A DNA stretch of 64,000 nt from assembly GCA_003524145.1 (NCBI GenBank), contig DODZ01000035.1:66369-130368 (forward strand), given 5' to 3'. The notes below the pieces were generated by a model. The model did no database searches and was not told where the DNA came from. It saw only the letters and a list, made by a program, of their open reading frames with translations. This DNA comes from Candidatus Apopatosoma intestinale (GTDB taxonomy: Bacteria; Bacillota; Clostridia; Oscillospirales; CAG-272). Below are positions 1 to 7,874 of this stretch, one piece after another. Each line of letters opens with the position of its first letter. Positions within the stretch are counted from its first letter, which is position 1. A program made the translations under genes and the position numbers.

Positions 1-1700
1 AGCGCCGTTATCAGAATGTCGCGGTTTATCATGACCTCCGGCATGAGCGCGGGTGCCGCTCCCGCATAGTCGGCTTCAAATGAGCTGAGGCACGAGCGCA
101 CAGACGATATTGCCGACGAAACGGCGGCAGGTGAGCGCACAAAGGCGCCGCATTCGCTCATTATCCTGCCGTATTCCTTCCTGCGGGCGAAAATTTCCTC
201 CCGCGGCAGTCTTATTCTCGGGCGGGAAAGTATATCGAAAAACGATATCATATCGGCGATATCGCGTGAGATTTCGCTTTCATCGGGCTTTGTCACGGGC
301 GCACTCCCTGCAATCTTTTCCGCGGCACGCATGGAGCTGACCTGCGTTGCGTTGAGTGCCGTGCCGCCCGGGCGATATACTCCGAATGTTCCCGCACATT
401 CGCCTATCGGGAAAAATCCGGCAAGCGCAGTGCTTTCACTCCATATGTCCGCGTCAAGCCCACCGTTGTTATGCTGAGCGCAGACGGCTATCTCAAGCGG
501 CTCAAGCGTGATGTCTATGCCATGCTCGCGATAGAGTGAGACGGCGGGTTCGTTCATTTTACGCAGACGGTCGATGGGAAGCGGCAGAAGCGCCCCCGAT
601 TTTTCGAGATATTTGCGTGCATAGTCCGGTAGCAGGGAAAAATCAAGCGAGCCGCCATGTTCGGAAGCGGCGGGATTGCGGCGGAAGTCCATGAATACGC
701 GTCTGCCGCGGCGCTTTTCCGAGAAAACGGCGAGATCTATGAGCGAAGAGAGTCGCCTGCCGCCGCGAAATATTTTGCGCGGGTCAAAGGGCCACTCATA
801 GCCCTTTGAAAATATCGCGCCGAGCATTTCACCCGTGTCGGGGAAATAATCCGTGAGAAATTCATGCTCGTTTCCGCTTTCATCAATGGAGAAATACCGC
901 GGGATAACCTGCTGATATGTCCCCGAGAGGTTCCAGCGGAAGCCGAGAGAAGCTATGCCGTATTGCGATTCCGTCAGGTTGATGCCCGCGGCGCCCGCTT
1001 CAAAAGCCATGCCGTGCGCACAGGTCTGGCTCTCGGGATAGACGCTCTCGGAATATATGGCAGAGGGTCCGCCTGTCGCCCATATGACATTATCTGCAAG
1101 GAAAACTGCCATGCCGTAGCGGTTTTTCTCATTTATCAGCGCAGGGCAAAGCGCGACGATGCCGCAGGCTCTGCCGCCGCCGCGAAGTATTTTCACGGCG
1201 CGGTAGCCGTCGAAAATCGGGATGTTTTTGCTTTTCACGGCGCACTCAAGCGCCTCGGTCATATATTTTGAGGTGTAAGGACCGCAGGAGGTCGCGCGCA
1301 TGCGGGGATCGTGGTCGGTCTTGTAGCCGGCATATTCGCCGTATTCATTATGGGGAAAAGGCACGCCGAGAGAGACAAGCTCAAAAAAACACCGCGCCGA
1401 GCCCGCCGCCTGTGCGAGGGCGATATCTCCGTGCATGGCACCGCCCGAAAAGAGCGTTTCCGCCATATCGGAAACGGAATCGCCATCTCCGCCGGCAAGC
1501 GTCAGCTTGTAATATGTCTGCTTATCGGAGCCCGTATTCCGCGAGGTGCCCATTTTCTCGCCCTCGGTGATTATGGCTATGTCATGCACGCCAAGGTCAT
1601 AAAGCTTTCTTGCGGCATTGTAGCCCGCCGTTCCGCTCCCGACTATAACGGCGCGAAAAGAGCGGCAGGGAATTCCCGAATCGACAAGAGAAAAGTTCAT
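1..1700 (-). CDS. FAD-dependent oxidoreductase, succinate dehydrogenase/fumarate reductase flavoprotein-like (partial; C-terminus lies beyond the window start)
   Basis: Absent from the ORF track because it runs off the window edge. My reverse-strand translation from ATG at 1700-1698 stays open to base 1. It reads MNFSLVDSGIPCRSFRAVIVGSGTAGYNAARKL (GxGxxG fold) ... CAQHNNGGL ... FPIGECAGTFGVYRPGGTALNATQV (flavoprotein active-site region). Confidence 0.8.
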   Translation of the reverse strand, partial: MNFSLVDSGIPCRSFRAVIVGSGTAGYNAARKLYDLGVHDIAIITEGEKMGTSRNTGSDKQTYYKLTLAGGDGDSVSDMAETLFSGGAMHGDIALAQAAGSARCFFELVSLGVPFPHNEYGEYAGYKTDHDPRMRATSCGPYTSKYMTEALECAVKSKNIPIFDGYRAVKILRGGGRACGIVALCPALINEKNRYGMAVFLADNVIWATGGPSAIYSESVYPESQTCAHGMAFEAGAAGINLTESQYGIASLGFRWNLSGTYQQVIPRYFSIDESGNEHEFLTDYFPDTGEMLGAIFSKGYEWPFDPRKIFRGGRRLSSLIDLAVFSEKRRGRRVFMDFRRNPAASEHGGSLDFSLLPDYARKYLEKSGALLPLPIDRLRKMNEPAVSLYREHGIDITLEPLEIAVCAQHNNGGLDADIWSESTALAGFFPIGECAGTFGVYRPGGTALNATQVSSMRAAEKIAGSAPVTKPDESEISRDIADMISFFDILSRPRIRLPREEIFARRKEYGRIMSECGAFVRSPAAVSSAISSVRSCLSSFEADYAGAAPALMPEVMINRDILITA

Positions 1701-1712
1701 TTTACCCTCCGA

Positions 1713-2462
1713 TTACAGGCGGCGGATATGGAAGCCGCCGTCTATATTTATAACTTCGCCCGTGGAATAAGGAAGATAGCCCTTTGCCAGCGCGACGACG
1801 GCACGCCCGATATCCTCGGGATAACCCCAGCGCTTTATCGGGAGCAGCCCCTCGCCGATGAGTCTGTCGTATTTTTCGTTCACCGTCGCCGTCATATCTG
1901 TTTTGATTATGCCGGGACGCACCTCATAGACATTTATACCGTATTCGGCAAGGCGGTCGGCAAAGAGCGTTGTCACCATCGAGAGTCCCGCCTTTGAGAT
2001 GCAGTATTCACCGCGGCTCGTGCTCGAGGTATATGCCGACATGGAGGTGATATTGATGATAGCCTCTCCAAAGCCGAGCTCTGTCATTTTGTTTGCGCAG
2101 TATTGAGTTAAGAAAAATGTGCCTTTCAGATTGATATCAAGAAGCCTGTCCATGCTCTCGCGGCTCATATTGAGGATGTCCTCGCGCTCCTTCGGTGCTA
2201 CGCCCGCATTGTTTACGAGAATATCTATCTTGCCGAAGCGTTCGATTGCCGTATCTATGATGCGTGCTTCGTCATCTGCCTTTGATATATCGGCGCGTAT
2301 GCAGACAGACTCGGGCGAGAGTGCGCGGATAGCTTTCATATATTTCTCGTTTTCGCTCTGCTGAACGCAGACGAGCGTAAAGCCCTCGGCGGCAAGTGCT
2401 GTGGCAATACCGTTTCCGATGCCGCGCGATGCTCCCGTTACTATGACGATTTTTCTTTCCAT
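1713..2462 (-). CDS. SDR family oxidoreductase (3-oxoacyl-ACP reductase-like)
   Basis: 249 aa. Contains TGASRGIG cofactor motif, NNAG, and catalytic S...YxxxK (YCISK). RBS AGAGGG lies upstream. 12-nt gap to the downstream gene. Confidence 0.9.
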   Translation of the reverse strand: MERKIVIVTGASRGIGNGIATALAAEGFTLVCVQQSENEKYMKAIRALSPESVCIRADISKADDEARIIDTAIERFGKIDILVNNAGVAPKEREDILNMSRESMDRLLDINLKGTFFLTQYCANKMTELGFGEAIINITSMSAYTSSTSRGEYCISKAGLSMVTTLFADRLAEYGINVYEVRPGIIKTDMTATVNEKYDRLIGEGLLPIKRWGYPEDIGRAVVALAKGYLPYSTGEVINIDGGFHIRRL

Positions 2463-2478
2463 AAAAGCACCCTCTTTC

Positions 2479-3813
2479 TTATTTTTTCATGCAGAGCCTG
2501 CGATATATCGGCAGATAGATTTCCTGATCGCGCAGGGGACAACCCGTAGTGCCGCCCGCACGCATAATCTCCGTGCATTTACTGCAGGCAAGGCAGACCT
2601 TGCTTTTGTCTGTATTTCCCGAGATGAAATCGTCTGCAAAGCGGTCGTAGGCAAAAGCCATTCTGCCGAAGCCGACGAGAGTGGAATATCCTCTCTCAAG
2701 CGCACCTGCCGCGGCATACGGCGCAAATTCGCGCAGGTAGCTGTAGCCTGTGCCGACGACGGCGACGGAGGGATTTGCCTTCTGAATTGCCTCCGCTCCG
2801 TGGATGAGTCGGTCTACGCCGACGAGCGGATGCTCGGGCGGTATTCTCTCGCCCTTATTCTGCGGGCGGTTGATATACGGATTGAAGTACGGGCTTCCCA
2901 TGGTCATATCGATAAGCGAAACGCCGAGCGCCGAGAGCTTTCCGATAAGCTCGTTTGCCTCGGTGAAATCGGGCGTTTGCCCATCGTCCGACATGCCGAA
3001 GCCATAGGGCTTCGCTATCATATCGCATATGCCGAGGCGGGAAGCGAGGATAACGCTTTTGTCGGTGTTTTCGGCTATCAGCTTTGTTATATCGAGCATG
3101 AGACGGCTTCTGTTTTCAAAGCTTCCGCCGTATTTGCCCTCTCTCGTATATGCCGAAAGAAGCTCGCCGAGCAAATACTGGTGGCACGCCTTGATGTCTA
3201 CTCCGTCAAAGCCTGCCCATATCAGCAGTTTTGCCGCGGCAAGATATTTTTCCGGAAGGCTGTCGAGATATTCGTCGGTCAGGAGCGGTGTCCCATCGGG
3301 GAGAGGACGGTATTCCTCTATGGGTTTGCTGTGCGTGGCGATGAGCGGATAGGGAGTGGCACTGTTATGCGAAAATCTGCCCGAATGGGTGAGCTGGGCG
3401 ATGAGCGGAGCGCCTGTCACCTTTTTTACCTCGGCTATCATGGCGCGGAATTTCTCTTTATTTTCCTCGGTAATCATGAGCTGCCTGTCCGAGGTGCGTC
3501 CCTCGGGACAGACGGCTATCGCTTCCGACCAGATAAGTGCCGCACCTGAGTGCGCAAAGCGCAGATATCTGCGCTCGGTGAGAGCAGAGGGCGCACCTGT
3601 TTCGTCCGCGTCAAAGCCCTCCATCGGATGGACGGAGAGCGAATTTGAAAGCACGATATCGCCCGCACGCGTGTGCACCGCCGGCTTTACGGCAAGCGGC
3701 GAAAGGTCGCGCGAAAACGGGATGTGAAGCCCGCGCTTTCTCGCGTCGTAGTCTATCTCATCAAGTGTCTGATAATGGAATGTATTCGGTATTTTCAGTT
3801 CGAAAGGATGCAT
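2479..3813 (-). CDS. Old Yellow Enzyme-family NADH:flavin oxidoreductase with C-terminal 4Fe-4S motif
   Basis: OYE TIM-barrel motifs are present (AQLTHSGRF, GFDGVDIKACHQYLL). C-terminus carries CLACSKC-x11-C. I moved the start to ATG at 3813 (MHPFELK), which follows AGGAGG with an 8-nt spacer. The ORF-track start at 3843 lacks an RBS and overlaps the upstream gene. Confidence 0.85.
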   Translation of the reverse strand: MHPFELKIPNTFHYQTLDEIDYDARKRGLHIPFSRDLSPLAVKPAVHTRAGDIVLSNSLSVHPMEGFDADETGAPSALTERRYLRFAHSGAALIWSEAIAVCPEGRTSDRQLMITEENKEKFRAMIAEVKKVTGAPLIAQLTHSGRFSHNSATPYPLIATHSKPIEEYRPLPDGTPLLTDEYLDSLPEKYLAAAKLLIWAGFDGVDIKACHQYLLGELLSAYTREGKYGGSFENRSRLMLDITKLIAENTDKSVILASRLGICDMIAKPYGFGMSDDGQTPDFTEANELIGKLSALGVSLIDMTMGSPYFNPYINRPQNKGERIPPEHPLVGVDRLIHGAEAIQKANPSVAVVGTGYSYLREFAPYAAAGALERGYSTLVGFGRMAFAYDRFADDFISGNTDKSKVCLACSKCTEIMRAGGTTGCPLRDQEIYLPIYRRLCMKK

Positions 3814-3826
3814 GATTATAACCTCC

Positions 3827-4831
3827 TCATGCCATGGTTTCAAGCATTTTTGCCGTTACTTTGTATTTTGTGGGTTTGCCTTCGGAATAAGCTTTGTATT
3901 CCGCAAACATATATTCCGCCATGCGGCGCGGCTCGTTTCCGATACTGCCCGCTATATGCGGTGTGAGACGCACATTCGGAAGGCGATAAAGCTCGCTTTC
4001 TTCTGCGGGCGGCTCATCGGGATCGGTGACATCGAGCAGGGCAAGCCGCTCGGGGCAGGCTTTCATTGCCGCTATAAGGTCGGCGGTATTCACCTGCGCG
4101 CCCCTGCCTGTATTTATGAAAACAGCGGCTTTTCCCATCAGGTCAAAGCAGGAGCGGTCTATCATGCCCTTTGTCTGCTCATTGTTTGCAAGGTGATTCG
4201 AGATGACATTGCAGGAGGCGAAAACCTCATGCAGTCCCGTCTTTGTGACGCCCAGCTCCGCCGCTTTTTCATCGGGGAGAAACGGGTCAAAAACATATAT
4301 TTCAAGTTCATGGCGGCGCAGGTGGTTTATCACCATCGTGCCTATCATGCCGGCGCCCAGTATGCCTGCGCGCGTGCGGAAATTGCCGGGATAGAGCCGC
4401 TCGCGGTCGTCATTTTGCCAGTCCGTGCGGCATTTTACCTCGCGGCGGAAGAAGCCCTTATTGGCAAGCAGAATTTCCGAGGCGGCAACCTCTGCTACAG
4501 GCACGGCATTTGCCGCCCATGCGGAAAATATATCAACTCCGCATGAGATAAACGGGCGCGCAAACTGCTGAACGGTACCCGCAGCATAGAAAACAGCCTT
4601 CAGCCTCGGCAGATATCGCCGTATCTCCTCCTCGGAAAGCGCGGGCATTCCCCATGTGGAGAAGATATACTCTACCTTTTGCAACTCGCCCTCGAGCGCG
4701 GGAAAGTCATCCTTTGAGCAGATAAACGGCAGCATATCAAATTCTTCTGTGAGACGTGCGAGCATATCATCGCTGTATACCGCGGGAATATTGAATGGGC
4801 GGAATGTCATGATGCAGGCTTTGCTTTTCAT
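3827..4831 (-). CDS. D-isomer-specific 2-hydroxyacid dehydrogenase family, NAD-binding
   Basis: 334 aa. Contains GILGAGMIGTMV (GxGxxG), NTGRGAQV, and catalytic His in RLTPHIAGS. RBS GGAGG is present. ATGA overlap with the upstream gene. Confidence 0.85.
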   Translation of the reverse strand: MKSKACIMTFRPFNIPAVYSDDMLARLTEEFDMLPFICSKDDFPALEGELQKVEYIFSTWGMPALSEEEIRRYLPRLKAVFYAAGTVQQFARPFISCGVDIFSAWAANAVPVAEVAASEILLANKGFFRREVKCRTDWQNDDRERLYPGNFRTRAGILGAGMIGTMVINHLRRHELEIYVFDPFLPDEKAAELGVTKTGLHEVFASCNVISNHLANNEQTKGMIDRSCFDLMGKAAVFINTGRGAQVNTADLIAAMKACPERLALLDVTDPDEPPAEESELYRLPNVRLTPHIAGSIGNEPRRMAEYMFAEYKAYSEGKPTKYKVTAKMLETMA

Positions 4832-5226
4832 TTCTTTTCCTCCGTGATATCGGCTTTTTCAAGCTTCTTTTTTATATTTTCGGACATGGCTTGGCGTTCC
4901 TTTTGCATAATAAATGCCACCTCCATATCGAATGTGCTGTAATATCCTTTTTTCGTGCGCTTTTTGTAGACCTCGTACGTGTATTTTTTCGACATGATAA
5001 GGTGGAATATCGCCGCGCAGAGCAGGACGAAAACGCCGAACAAAGCAAAAAATATGCCGATGAGAACATTGCTTTCCTCGGAGCGCACGTTGAACGCCAT
5101 CAGAATAAGCCCCGCCGCGAGAGATACCGCGCCTATCGCGGTGAAGGCTATAGTCACGGCGCGGATTTCCTTTGCGGAAACTTTTTTAAAAAGCTCCCGC
5201 TCCGCTCTGTCGTCGCGGTCATCCAT
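4828..5226 (-). CDS. Hypothetical small membrane protein (2 predicted TM segments)
   Basis: 132 aa with two hydrophobic stretches (AVTIAFTAIGAVSLAAGLILMAF, LIGIFFALFGVFVLLCAAIFHLI) and charged termini. Overlaps both neighbours, which suggests translational coupling. Confidence 0.6.
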   Translation of the reverse strand: MDDRDDRAERELFKKVSAKEIRAVTIAFTAIGAVSLAAGLILMAFNVRSEESNVLIGIFFALFGVFVLLCAAIFHLIMSKKYTYEVYKKRTKKGYYSTFDMEVAFIMQKERQAMSENIKKKLEKADITEEKK

Positions 5227-6115
5227 TTTTCTTTTCCTCTCTTGCTTTTTTGTGTTCTTCGACTTCTTTTCGTGAAAAGTAATATTTCTTATCGCAGAAG
5301 TGACAGCAGACTTCTATTTCGGGCAGGTCGCCGAAGGTTTCGTCCAGCTCCTTTTCCGAGAAGCTGGATATTGCGCCGAGTATGCGCTCGCGCGAGCAGG
5401 AGCAACGGTATTCCGCCGTGAAATCATCGAAAATATCGTATTCTATGCCTGCCATGGCGCGGTCGATTATCGCTTCGTTTGTCATACCCGCGTCAAAGAG
5501 CAGGGAAATATTGGAGAGCAGCGGCACGTTCTTTTCTATTTTATCGACAGTCTCCTCATCGGCAAAGGGAAGAAGCTGTATCAGTATTCCGCCTGCCGCC
5601 TTGCAGGTTTTGTCCTTATCTACGAGCACGCCGAGAGAGCATACCGTCGGTATCTGTTCGCTCTTTGCAAAATATGCGCAGATATCCTCCGCTATCTCGC
5701 CGCTGACAATAGCCGTGGAGCCTACATGAGCCTCTCCCGTGCCGTCGTCGCGCACGACAGAGAGCGTGCCGTGCCCTATGCCGCCGCCGACATCGAGCTT
5801 GCCGTTCGGCTTGAGCGGCAGATCGACCTCGGGATGCATGATGTAGCCGCGGACATTGCCCTTGTAATCCGATACCGCAACGGCACTGCCGAGCGGTCCG
5901 TCACCCTTGAAGCGAAGAGTGAGGCTGTCCTCCTTTTCCTTCAGCATCGTTCCCATCAGCGAAGCTGCCGTGAGTATTCTGCCGAGAGCCGCCGTCGCTG
6001 TCGGCTCGGTATGGTGATATTCGATGGCACGGTTTACGATATCCCGTGAGTTTATCACGAGAATCCTCGCCGAGCCGTCACGCGTCATTGCGCGGGTAAC
6101 ATTGTATTTTTCCAT
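5219..6115 (-). CDS. hslO: Hsp33 family redox-regulated molecular chaperone
   Basis: 298 aa. The N-terminus is typical of Hsp33. The C-terminal zinc centre is CSCSRE...CHFCDKKYYF (CxC...CxxC). Confidence 0.9.
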   Translation of the reverse strand: MEKYNVTRAMTRDGSARILVINSRDIVNRAIEYHHTEPTATAALGRILTAASLMGTMLKEKEDSLTLRFKGDGPLGSAVAVSDYKGNVRGYIMHPEVDLPLKPNGKLDVGGGIGHGTLSVVRDDGTGEAHVGSTAIVSGEIAEDICAYFAKSEQIPTVCSLGVLVDKDKTCKAAGGILIQLLPFADEETVDKIEKNVPLLSNISLLFDAGMTNEAIIDRAMAGIEYDIFDDFTAEYRCSCSRERILGAISSFSEKELDETFGDLPEIEVCCHFCDKKYYFSRKEVEEHKKAREEKKNG

Positions 6116-6118
6116 AGA

Positions 6119-6874
6119 TTACACCTTCTTTTTGCAGATGAAAAACTCTCTCTCGCTTGTCGCCGTGACAGGCGAGAAATATATATCCGAAGCTTTTTCG
6201 AGCAGTTCAAAGCCGGATTTTTTCAGGAGAGAAATTATCGTTTTTTCGCTGTATTTGCGCTGGCACTGATATTCGTCCGTGCGCTCCCAGAGCCCGTTTT
6301 TGTGCCTTGTAAAGAAAGTCAGGTCGAAGTCGCATACTCCGCTTTTCTTATTATAGAAGCTCTCCCAAACAGTGAACAAATCCTCGTATTCGTAAACAAA
6401 GCTGTTGTCTGCGAGGATATTTTCATATTTGTAGGACGTTGAGATATCGAAGATGAAAAGTCCGCCGCCGCGCAGGTTTTCATATGCCGAGCAGAAGCAG
6501 GAATAGACTTCGCCCGTATCTGCAAGATAATTTATCCCGTCAAAGCAGCAGAGCGCCGCATCCGTATGCGTGCCGCTGTTAAAGCAGGTCATATTCTGCG
6601 AGAGCAGGAGAAGCTTTACTTTCGCTTCTTCGGCTTTTTTGTATGCGAGAGCGAGCATTTCTTCGCTCGTATCAAGCCCTGTCACGCTGTGCCCGCGCTT
6701 TGCCAGTTCTATGGAGATGCTTCCCGTGCCGCATCCGAGGTCGACTATCGCGGCAGGGGTATCCACGCCGTATTTCTCAAAGCAGGCTTCATAGAAATCG
6801 CACCATGCGGAATAATCCGTATCCTGCATCAGTCTGTCGTAGTGCGGCGCGAGCGCGCTGTATATTTCGCTCAT
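6119..6874 (-). CDS. Class I SAM-dependent methyltransferase
   Basis: 251 aa. Contains SAM-binding motif I, VDLGCGTGSISIELAK, and post-I DTSEEML. Confidence 0.85.
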   Translation of the reverse strand: MSEIYSALAPHYDRLMQDTDYSAWCDFYEACFEKYGVDTPAAIVDLGCGTGSISIELAKRGHSVTGLDTSEEMLALAYKKAEEAKVKLLLLSQNMTCFNSGTHTDAALCCFDGINYLADTGEVYSCFCSAYENLRGGGLFIFDISTSYKYENILADNSFVYEYEDLFTVWESFYNKKSGVCDFDLTFFTRHKNGLWERTDEYQCQRKYSEKTIISLLKKSGFELLEKASDIYFSPVTATSEREFFICKKKV

Positions 6875-7173
6875 TTGCCTTCCTCCGTATTTTTGAGTAT
6901 GCGGGAGAGGACGGTCATATAGCCTTCGCTTCCGTCGCGGAGAGAGCCGTTTACGCGGGTAATTGTCGCTGTGCTGAGTCCTGTTTCCTCAACTATCTCG
7001 GAATATTTCTTTCCCTCGAGTATGAGCTTTGCCGCCCAGAGGCGCTTGGTCATCTCGCGAAGCTCTGTTTTTGTGCAGAGATCACAGAAAAAATTTTCGC
7101 ATTCCTCGGGCGTCTTCAGCGAGAGCACCGCGGAAAAGAGCAGTGCTTTTCTTTCATCGGGCTGTTTTGTCAT
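6871..7173 (-). CDS. YerC/YecD family TrpR-like DNA-binding protein
   Basis: The ORF-track call 6871-7386 was trimmed to ATG at 7173 (MTKQPDERKALLFSAVLSLKTPEECENFF...STATITRVNGSL), which is preceded by AGGAGGA. The 100-aa length and STATITRV motif match the YerC family. The discarded 5' extension is Arg-rich with no RBS. Confidence 0.85.
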   Translation of the reverse strand: MTKQPDERKALLFSAVLSLKTPEECENFFCDLCTKTELREMTKRLWAAKLILEGKKYSEIVEETGLSTATITRVNGSLRDGSEGYMTVLSRILKNTEEGK

Positions 7174-7199
7174 TTTTATTTCCTCCTTGCGCCTTGCGC

Positions 7200-7874
7200 T
7201 TATCTGAAATATGTTTTCCTGTCGGCGAGATATACCGCAGTGCGGCAGATATCCGTATCGGCATCGGCGGGAATCTCCTCCAGCGCCTTTGATATACATT
7301 CTATCGGGAAGCGGGGATTTACAAATTCGTTTTCCGTAGAGGAGAGCAGGAGCCGAAGGCTTATTTTGTCTCCCTCGGCGCGGCACTCCGCAAGCTCGCA
7401 GAGCGGCGCTATGTCGACCGTTTTAATGCCTGCCTTGGAGTTTTTCTCTATCACCATAGGTGCTGCGAAAACCGCCTTTATCTTTTCTTCCGATGAAGTG
7501 TTTGCGCCGATCGCTTCGATGCTTATCTCATATTCCGACCAGCCGATATCCGAGAGCTTGGTCTGCGGTTCGTAGGCTTCGAGCGCGTGAAGTCCCTCGG
7601 GGAAGGAGGCATTCAGCGCGCGGCAGATTTCCTCATGCGAAACCTCTTCCGTTATCTTGAAATCCATGAAGCAGCAGAGGTCGGAGACGCCGACGGAAAG
7701 CGGCAGGGAAAATACCGTTTTCGGATGGGGATTGAAGCCCATCGTATACCAAATCGGCAATTTCGAGCGGAGAAAAGCCGCTTTCATCGTTCTGTTCATA
7801 TCGAGATGAGAGATGAATTTCAGCGCTCCCGTTTTGGAAAACATTACTCTTATTTTTTTGCTTTCGGGCACCAT
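7200..7874 (-). CDS. TIGR03936 (DUF2344) radical-SAM-associated protein
   Basis: 224 aa. Contains FSKTGALKFISHLDMNRTMKAAFLRS and PIWYTMGFNPHPK, typical of DUF2344. RBS GGAGG is present. The start overlaps the upstream radical-SAM gene by 25 nt. Confidence 0.85.
   Translation of the reverse strand: MVPESKKIRVMFSKTGALKFISHLDMNRTMKAAFLRSKLPIWYTMGFNPHPKTVFSLPLSVGVSDLCCFMDFKITEEVSHEEICRALNASFPEGLHALEAYEPQTKLSDIGWSEYEISIEAIGANTSSEEKIKAVFAAPMVIEKNSKAGIKTVDIAPLCELAECRAEGDKISLRLLLSSTENEFVNPRFPIECISKALEEIPADADTDICRTAVYLADRKTYFR

Noticed and set aside
2401-3549. 382-aa ORF on the plus strand, antisense to the OYE-family gene
   Set aside because: It has no RBS. The composition is Arg/Ala-rich and low-complexity, typical of the stop-depleted antisense frame of a GC-biased gene. 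The sense-strand product has clear OYE motifs.
6871-7386. Long N-terminal extensions in ORF-track calls (also 45049-45750, 62156-62698, 51492-52667, 25510-26049, 58078-58911, 57197-58114)
   Set aside because: The extensions lack an RBS, overlap upstream genes or promoters, and are Arg-rich. Internal ATGs with GGAGG-type RBS give proteins of canonical family length, so I trimmed the starts.
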